Below are positions 21,701 to 27,685 of a stretch of DNA of 36,389 nucleotides, one piece after another. This DNA is from Thecamonas trahens ATCC 50062 (Eukaryota; Protista; Apusomonadida). The DNA lies in contig NW_013657623.1 in assembly GCF_000142905.1 (NCBI RefSeq), positions 145,857-182,245 of the forward strand. The letters run 5' to 3'. Made by a program: the position numbers and the translations under genes. Each line of letters opens with the position of its first letter. The stretch's first letter is position 1. The notes under the pieces are model-generated. The model did no database searches. It was not told where the DNA came from and saw only the letters and a list, made by a program, of their open reading frames with translations.

Positions 21701-21958
21701 AGTTGAAATGTCGATGACAACAGCGACACAGCCTGTACCATCCTGATTGCACGCTTGGTACTCCAATGTGCAGGTACCATCATAAGGCTCAGTCGCGCGG
21801 GCCATCAGAATGCCCAGATCAGAGCCTGGCAAGGGTGTCACCACTGATGACAGCTGAGAGCCCGAGGGACCGTTGACTTCGGTGGCCACACCAGCCGAGG
21901 TAGTTATAGCGAGCAGAGAGAGAAAGAGAAGAGCGGAGAGAGTTTGAAGTGTTTGCAT
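18710..21958 (-). CDS. Cys-rich multi-pass surface protein, paralog B (~891 aa after removing a 573-nt probable assembly duplication plus gap)
   Basis: ATG at 21958 (MQTLQTLSALLFLSLLAITTSAG, signal peptide). Same architecture as paralog A (CNQDGTGC, CEFDGSEC, CSLDGSGC; CDDCSPGTYCPLG; three TMs). C-terminal module nearly identical to paralog A. Confidence 0.8.
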   Translation of the reverse strand: MQTLQTLSALLFLSLLAITTSAGVATEVNGPSGSQLSSVVTPLPGSDLGILMARATEPYDGTCTLEYQACNQDGTGCVAVVIDISTFSPNLHNSWSLSSSGTSVWGLCIIGTAVKRVKCDVPVSGCTMIDIIADGTLLSNLGEVMGITHNNVQYLVLNHDGNCEYLSVDEADSLSGPHSCSADVSDMFNVAADASGLRILTTSSESVIHTLCEFDGSECNTITLFESPSYAYSRPTAVTTPTQLFVGISNADETLLDLAACSLDGSGCVLKAAALPGEVAYLDVFTSDWLVVAYKDVNPATSDGHVAIGICELDLGTCSPIYIRASDGSDIVGQFFAASSVTMAVGTDNELIFVSLPLLPCTSGFRLDASTNACILCSGNTISTGGVCAPCSPGTIASAAATVCDDCSPGTYCPLGTTTPLPCDAGYISATAAANCTACPPGTVSNEGHTVCDSCASAALCPASGLATPYPPVVAMARVSYARAHWFPQSRFADNNKVYRAFVFGGLAFACSTLVLCGLVAIVAWRASPVTRAQLWDRIDLLVSRTDTMPGSRTLRARKTCLGAAMTVLLICATIVAVAIFFVQFQYDNATVTRAQGFGAVPPGHITDDTFHTAIRASLDFVRTDTGSNWCVAPDGSCGSGVTISTSGWNSAMTSTSTCELVGLQTCRVVWECTSGCDMTLSPTTTIDYAGRIYSGVTLKLEAATLGSSYGDPGASGEAGLTVAAPDSHVYYATSASDPATLRIRATTYQHVTYERDAKVTTTGYAFQTQVIARPTSGSLASVPVPAHPSPPVVLEFVKSXXXXXXXXXXXXXXXXXXXXXXXXXXXXXXXXXXCSTSGWNSAMTSTSTCELVGLQTCRVVWECTSGCDMTLSPTTTIDYAGRIYSGVTLKLEAATLGSSYGDPGASGEAGLTVAAPDSHVYYATSASDPATLRIRATTYQHVTYERDAKVTTTGYAFQTQVIARPTSGSLASVPVPAHPSPPVVLEFVKSSDHELTTVERRMSTLDFVAGLGGLVSVILSVGGVALATVELAVHCGPLHGANSKDLVSSAKVLPTETKSGSSATTRMHTIDTCSTSTESST
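18985..20027. repeat. 470-nt direct duplication (18985-19454 = 19558-20027) flanking an assembly gap; probable unmerged contig overlap
   Basis: Offset 573 nt with only 2 mismatches seen (19397/19970 and 19433/20006). Both copies abut the N run. Confidence 0.8.
19458..19557. other. Assembly gap (100 N)
   Basis: N run. Confidence 1.
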
Positions 21959-22206
21959 GGTGGTGGTGGTAGTGGGCAGGGGGCAGGGGGGGAGACAGGG
22001 TGGAAGTGGAGTATATATGTGTATGTATGTGTGTAGGCTAGAGGGATGGGGGTGACGGCGTGGGTGGGAGGGGGGATGCGCGTGGGTGTCCTTTTTTTGG
22101 AATATGATCATTTCGGCACAATTGGGGAGCGGATGGAATGGGAGGGGGGGGGTTGTATGGAAGGTGATGTGTGTATATATATATATGTGTGTGTGTGGGT
22201 ATGCGT

Positions 22207-22211
<5 letters not shown>

Positions 22212-22276
<65 letters not shown>
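22212..22276. repeat. (TG)~32 microsatellite within a larger TG/TA low-complexity tract (22168-22300)
   Basis: Read directly from the sequence. Confidence 0.95.
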
Positions 22277-22279
<3 letters not shown>

Positions 22280-22371
22280 TATGTCTGCGTGTGTGCGTGG
22301 CGGGAGGGTTTTGGAGGTCACGGCAAGGCGGGGCTCATGGTCTCGGCCGTGCCTTCCGCAGATTAGGCGAA

Positions 22372-22471
22372 NNNNNNNNNNNNNNNNNNNNNNNNNNNNN
22401 NNNNNNNNNNNNNNNNNNNNNNNNNNNNNNNNNNNNNNNNNNNNNNNNNNNNNNNNNNNNNNNNNNNNNNN
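22372..22471. other. Assembly gap (100 N)
   Basis: N run. Confidence 1.
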
Positions 22472-22555
22472 ACTGGGCCCGACCACGTACCCCGTACCCC
22501 TTCGCTCCCCCCCCCCCCCCCCCACCCACACACATGTCCCCACTCTCTTACGTAC

Positions 22556-22748
22556 ATGGCTCAACAAGCTCAATGCCGACCCAGAAGCCGTCAGCAAAGC
22601 GTGTGCGTCCCAGGTAGCGGACACGACCGACACGTTGGTCGACGCGGACAAAGGTACCAAGGGCAAGCTCCGGACGGGGTGCCACACCGGCACTGGCTCC
22701 GAACCGCCCCGGGCTGTTCCCAGAGGCAGAAGGGAGGAAGAGTGACAT
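22556..22748 (-). CDS. CAP-Gly domain protein, partial: exon encoding the N-terminal half of the domain; the remainder is probably in the gap
   Basis: MSLFLPS...LALGTFVRVDQRVGRVRYLGRTRFADGFWVGIELVEP fits the CAP-Gly consensus GxVxYxGxTxFAxGxWVGxELxEP. It ends at a GTACGT donor (22555-22550) just before the expected GKNDG motif. The start ATG is tentative. Confidence 0.75.
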
Positions 22749-23064
22749 GGGTGTGGAAGGGTGGTGGTGGTGGTGGTGGTGTATGGGTATGTGTGTGTGT
22801 GGGGTGGGGGGTGGTGGGGTGGGGGTGGGGGGGGGTGTGGGGGGGTGGGTGAGGTGGTCACCAACAGGCGGTTGGGTGAGGAAGTTGGCTCGTGGTGCTT
22901 GCCAGTTGGTTTGGTGGGATGGAGGAAGTGATGGAGATGGGGAGGTGAGGGAAGGGGGGGGGGGGGGGGGGGGCGAGGAGGAGGTTGTCAAGAGTGGTTG
23001 TAGTCATTGTAGGATTGTAGGTGGGTGGGGCAGTCGCAGTCAGCGTGGTTGCGGTTGCAGAAAG

Positions 23065-25200
23065 TCACAGCTGGAGGCCATCGTCGCTCTCCCAGGTTGA
23101 CGACGAGCCAAAGACGGCATCGATGTCGTCGTCGTTGGAGCCGGCGACAAAGTCGTCGAGGACGATGGCGGTGTGCTTGGAGAGACGGTGGTAGTGGGCT
23201 GAGCGCCGCTGCCACCAGAGGCCGCCAGCGACGGCGAGGGCAAGTGCGGCGACAAAGAGGAGGACGATGAGCATGATCACAACGGTGGTGCCATTCTGGC
23301 GCGGGTGGGTACCAGCAGACGGGACCGGTGGCGGGCTCGGTGCCGGTGGCGACTCGGTCCATCCGCAGGTCGCACCAGCGGCGGCGTTGGCGTCGTCGAG
23401 AAAGACCCGGAGCGGGGCGAAAAACTCGAGGAGGGCGTCGGCAGACATGATAGGCTCGCCGGTCAGCTCACGCAGCGTGTCCTGCCACGGCTGCGAGGCG
23501 CCGGCGGCGAGCATCTTGGAGAGCGCGGCGCCTGCGGCCTCGGAGCCGTCGATGGTGCACTCGTGGAGCGGGCCGGTGTGGCCGGCAGCGGTGCAGAGCG
23601 CGTCGTGGAACTGGAACTGGAGGACAAAGGCGAGGAGGTAGCGGATGTAGGGAACGTTTGCCGGGACGTGATACTTGGCGGCGGCGTCAAAGTCGTCCGC
23701 GGAGCGACTTGTCGGTGGCGCTACGCCTTGGTACTTGCGACGGAGCGCCCACCAGTGGCTGTTCCACTTGTCGGGGCGGACCGAGCCGTCAAAGACGGCC
23801 CAGCGGAACTTGTCGACAACAAAGCCAAAGGGGATAAAGGCGACGCGCTCGAGCGCGACCTTGAGCAGCGCGTTGACGGCGGCAGCGTTAGAGGCAAGAT
23901 CAGCTGGCGGTGGCGGCGACGGCGGGAGGAGACCGGCCTTGCGGAGGTAGGCTGGGGTGAGCGAGAGGACGATGGTGTCGCCGATGGCCTCGTGGAACCC
24001 GTTGTTGGCGCCCTCGCGGAAGAGCGCCGACTGGCCGGCGTAGCCGAGGTAGTAGAAGATGTGGCCAAGCTCGTGGTGAACGACGAAAAAGTCCTCGCCA
24101 TCGACCTTGAAGCAGGCCTTGAGGCGGACGTCGCCACCGCCGAGATCCCACGCCGACGCGTGGCAGACGACGTCGCGGCCGTTGGACGGCTGGACCAGCA
24201 GCGAGTCAGCGTAAAAGTCCGGGCCCGGCCCGGCGAGGCCTAGGCGCTCAAAAAAGGCCACGCCCTCGCGGACCATGGCGGTAGCGTCCCAACCTGTGGC
24301 GCGGAGCCCGGCATCGAGCTCGACGTTGCCGGCACCGGGATACGGCTCGACGAGGCTGTAGATGTGCGACCAGTCCTGGGCCCACATGTTGCCGAGGAGG
24401 TGGGCCGGGAGCGCGCCGCCAGCCCAGGCCGGATCGTGAGCGTGGTCGGCATAGACGGGGGCTGCCGCCAGCTCGCGGCGGACGTAGCAGTGGAGGGCGG
24501 TGTAGAGCGGCTGGACCTCGGTCCACAACCGCTCGGCGACAGCCGCAAACTCGGCGGAGTCCATGTCAAACGCGGACCGCCACATGGCGCCGGTGTCGGC
24601 AAAGCCAAGATCGCGCGCACCGGCATTGGAGCTCTCGACCAGTTCCTCATACGGCGTGCGGAGGGCACCAAAGCCGGCGCGCCAGGCGGACCACACTGCG
24701 GCCTTGCGCTCCCACGAGGCGGCGGGATCGCGGATGATGTCGTCTGCAGCTGCAAGCGGAAGGCAGGCATCGTCGATGCATGCGCGCTTTGTAGCATAGA
24801 ACGACTCCATGTCAGCCACAGTCTCTGCGATGTCGGCGGCATGGGCGCCTGGCGGAATAGTCTGGCGCGAGACAAGCAGCTCGAGCTTCCTTGCCACCTG
24901 CGGCAGGAGGCCGTCGATGTCGATGAGCTTCTCAGAGCGAATACGGACAACGGCGTCTGCCACGATGGACGAAGTGACATTGCTGGAAGCCAGAGCAGTG
25001 GCCAGGTGATCATCGGTGATGTCTGTGGCCCATGCGTAATAGGCAGCTGACTCTGCTGCGGCCGCCGCCCCATAGGCCGACTCGACCTCGTCCACCCATT
25101 CCGCCACCTCTGGCGCAGTCATTGCCTCAGCCAGCCAGCCACATGCCAGACAGGCAAGAGCAAGAGCGAGAGCGATGACAAGGGAAGCAGAAGAGGCCAT
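23065..25200 (-). CDS. ACE: Peptidyl-dipeptidase A / angiotensin-converting-enzyme-like M2 metallopeptidase, single catalytic domain, type I membrane protein (711 aa)
   Basis: Signal peptide from ATG 25200 (MASSASLVIALALALACL). Motifs PAHLLGNMWAQDW, VCHASAWD, zinc motif HHELGH, GANNGFHEAIGD, AKYHVP..PYIRY, LQFQFHDALC. Pro-rich stalk, TM VVIMLIVLLFVAALALAVAGGLWW, acidic cytosolic tail. Intronless. Confidence 0.93.
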   Translation of the reverse strand: MASSASLVIALALALACLACGWLAEAMTAPEVAEWVDEVESAYGAAAAAESAAYYAWATDITDDHLATALASSNVTSSIVADAVVRIRSEKLIDIDGLLPQVARKLELLVSRQTIPPGAHAADIAETVADMESFYATKRACIDDACLPLAAADDIIRDPAASWERKAAVWSAWRAGFGALRTPYEELVESSNAGARDLGFADTGAMWRSAFDMDSAEFAAVAERLWTEVQPLYTALHCYVRRELAAAPVYADHAHDPAWAGGALPAHLLGNMWAQDWSHIYSLVEPYPGAGNVELDAGLRATGWDATAMVREGVAFFERLGLAGPGPDFYADSLLVQPSNGRDVVCHASAWDLGGGDVRLKACFKVDGEDFFVVHHELGHIFYYLGYAGQSALFREGANNGFHEAIGDTIVLSLTPAYLRKAGLLPPSPPPPADLASNAAAVNALLKVALERVAFIPFGFVVDKFRWAVFDGSVRPDKWNSHWWALRRKYQGVAPPTSRSADDFDAAAKYHVPANVPYIRYLLAFVLQFQFHDALCTAAGHTGPLHECTIDGSEAAGAALSKMLAAGASQPWQDTLRELTGEPIMSADALLEFFAPLRVFLDDANAAAGATCGWTESPPAPSPPPVPSAGTHPRQNGTTVVIMLIVLLFVAALALAVAGGLWWQRRSAHYHRLSKHTAIVLDDFVAGSNDDDIDAVFGSSSTWESDDGLQL

Positions 25201-25371
25201 GGAGTGACGTGAGGTGGCGTCTGTCGTTGAGAGGGACGGGAGTGGCCGTGACTGGCAGTCGTGCCCATGACCTGTGGCTCGGTCGGTGGCCATGGCCATG
25301 TGACCGTCACCCGGACCACTTAGCCACGGATGATACCCTCCCACATGGACCACACCCATCCGCCATCAGCA

Positions 25372-25660
25372 CCATCACCAGTCTGATCATCCCCCCCCCC
25401 AACACCACCACCACCACTCTGATCATCCCCCCATTAGCACCATCATCACCACCACCACCACCACCACTATGATCATCCTCCCCACCACCACCACCACTCT
25501 GATCATCCCCCCATCAGCACCACCACCACCACTCTGATCATCCCCCCATTAGCACCATCATCACCACCACCACCACCACCACTATGATCATCCCCATCAG
25601 CACCACCACCACTCTGATCATCCCCCCATCAGCACCACCACCACCACTCTGATCACTCCC
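25372..25660. repeat. Minisatellite with eight TGATCA palindromic cores and a ~115-nt higher-order period, in the ACE/presenilin divergent intergenic region
   Basis: TGATCA starts at 25384, 25420, 25470, 25500, 25535, 25585, 25615 and 25650, separated by C-runs and CCA repeats. Confidence 0.9.
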
Positions 25661-25727
25661 CCAACTAGGCCCCAGAAGGGATACCCCCCACCTCACTCCA
25701 CCCCCATCCCCCTTTGGAGTAGTGAGT

Positions 25728-27529
25728 ATGGACGACCGACCTGCAGCTCCTCTGCGGAGCTCATCGGTGGCTTCGAGGAGTGAGGGACATGCCGACCGAG
25801 TGTATGGCCCACATGGCGAGGTGGACGGGGTGGTGGACGAGGTGGACCGAGGCATGGACAGCGAGGAACATGGTCAGAACATGGTGGACATGTCGTCCAT
25901 GATGGACATGCCGCAGGAGGCGGGAGGAGATGACTTGGTACGTGTGGGGGAGAGGGAGGGGGGAGAGGGGGAGAGGGGGGAGAGGGGGGAGGGGGGAGAG
26001 GGGGGGAGGGGAGGGGGAGAAGGGACTGACTGGCAGCGGACATGGGCACGGGGGGGCTGACTGGGTAACACCAACACCAACGCCGACACCGACATCGACA
26101 CACTGTCCCCCATTGTGTGGGTGGACAGGACGAGTCACGCCCGCTAGAGGTCGGCTTTGCATCGTCGCAGATCATGGCGGTGGTCAAGCCCATCATCATC
26201 TGCATGATCATGACCATTTTCCTCGTTCGCACCATTCACATGGGCGTCGACAACTCGCAGCAGCGTTGGGCCGGCCTCGCGTACGACGAGGACAGCGACA
26301 GCGAGGCGTCGGGCGCACAAAAGCTCGGCGGCGCGCTCATCAACGCGCTCATTTTTGTGGTGCTCATCACGGTCATGACCTTTGTCTTTGTCCTCCTCTA
26401 CAAGTACGGATGCATGAAGATCATCTACGGCTGGTTGATGATGTCGTCGTCGATGATGCTCGGCGCCATCGGCGCGTACATCTTCCTCCGCTTGCTCACA
26501 GTGTACAACGCGCCGCTGGACCTGTTCTCGTTCTTGTTCATCCTGTTCAACTTTGCCTGCGTCGGCATGGCCGCCATCTTCTGGCAGGCTCCGCTGCGGC
26601 TGCAGCAGAGCTACCTCATCATTTCATCGTCGTTCCTCGCCACTATGTTCTACGCGCTCCTCCCGACCTGGACGCGGTGGGTCCTTTTGGCTGCCGTCGC
26701 CGTCTACGACATTGTGGCCGTCCTCTGTCCCAAGGGTCCGCTCCGCATGCTTGTCGAGACCGCACAGGAGCGCCCAAACCAGGCCCTGCCAGGCCTACTC
26801 TACCACACTGGCATGGCATTTACCACCGTGACCATGGCCGACGCCGACCGCTCCGGCCCGTCGTCGTCCGACGGCGTGCCTGCTCGCCCACCACGCACCA
26901 GCGCCTCGTCGTCGGCCGCCCGCCCAGTCACCGTCATCAACGAGGACGGCACCCGCATCCGCGCCAAGTACCGCTACGAGTACGAGTACGAGTACGACGA
27001 GTCGGACGATGACGAGGCGCGCGACGGCGGACGCCGCGGCCGCCGCTCGCGCGGCCCGCCCGCCCTCGCCCCGTCCGCTAGCGATGAGGAGTCGTCGTCT
27101 GGCGGCGTCCCGCCTCCGCTCCCCACTCGGCTCACGGTTGAGCGCGAGACGCTCGATGGCGCCGAAGACCAGCTGCTCGGCAACCGGGCCCGGGCCGATG
27201 GCGCCATTCCGGCCCCGGCATCGGGCGCGTATTCGTCGCCGCTCGAGCGCGAGTCTGGCCGCGGCCTCTCGCTTGGCCTCGGCGACGCGGTCTTCTACTC
27301 GGTCCTCTCGTCGTCGTCGTCGGCATCGGGCGGCCTCATGGCGTTCTTCACCACCTCGGCCGCCATCCTTGTCGGCCTCGAGCTCACCCTCTTCTGCCTC
27401 GGGGTCTTCAAGAAGGCGCTGCCCGCGCTGCCGTTCTCCATCGCGCTTGGCATTTTTACCTACCTCGCCACCGAGCTCGTCATGAGCCCGTACTTTATCC
27501 AGCTCTCGATGGCCGGCGTGGTGGTGTGA
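25728..27529 (+). CDS. PSEN: Presenilin (gamma-secretase catalytic subunit, A22A aspartyl protease), join(25728..25937,26129..27529), ~536 aa
   Basis: LLYKYGC, TM6 VYDIVAVLCPKGPLRMLVETAQER, TM7 LGLGDAVFYS and KKALPALPFSI show both catalytic Asp and the PAL motif intact. A phase-0 GTACGT...CAG intron joins MDDRP...GDDL to DESRPLEVGF. Confidence 0.93.
25938..26128 (+). other. Spliceosomal intron of presenilin (191 nt)
   Basis: GTACGT donor, G/A-rich tract, GCTGAC branch site at 26056-26061. The first downstream AG is CAG at 26126-26128 and keeps the frame. Confidence 0.75.
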
Positions 27530-27685
27530 AGCGTGGCGCGGGAGCAGACAGCAGGCGAGACGTGAGGCCCGTTTATTTGCGTTCTTTGCGTTAAAGTACA
27601 CGGTACAAGGCCTTACTTGTTTTGTCTGCTCTTGCGCCACCTCGGCGCGGCGGCACGCGCGCGAGAACCAGGTCAACGTTGCACC

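Noticed and set aside
18710-22864. 1384-aa ORF in the track
   Set aside because: It reads through two N gaps and microsatellites (poly-HT, poly-P). The real start is the signal-peptide ATG at 21958.
22755-22980. G-rich tracts as telomeric or interstitial telomere repeats
   Set aside because: There is no regular TTAGGG-type unit; the irregular GGT/G runs match the leader pattern seen at other genes.
25372-25660. CRISPR-like repeat-spacer appearance
   Set aside because: The conserved core is only ~8-10 nt, the spacers are low-complexity and themselves repeated, the context is eukaryotic, and there are no cas genes.
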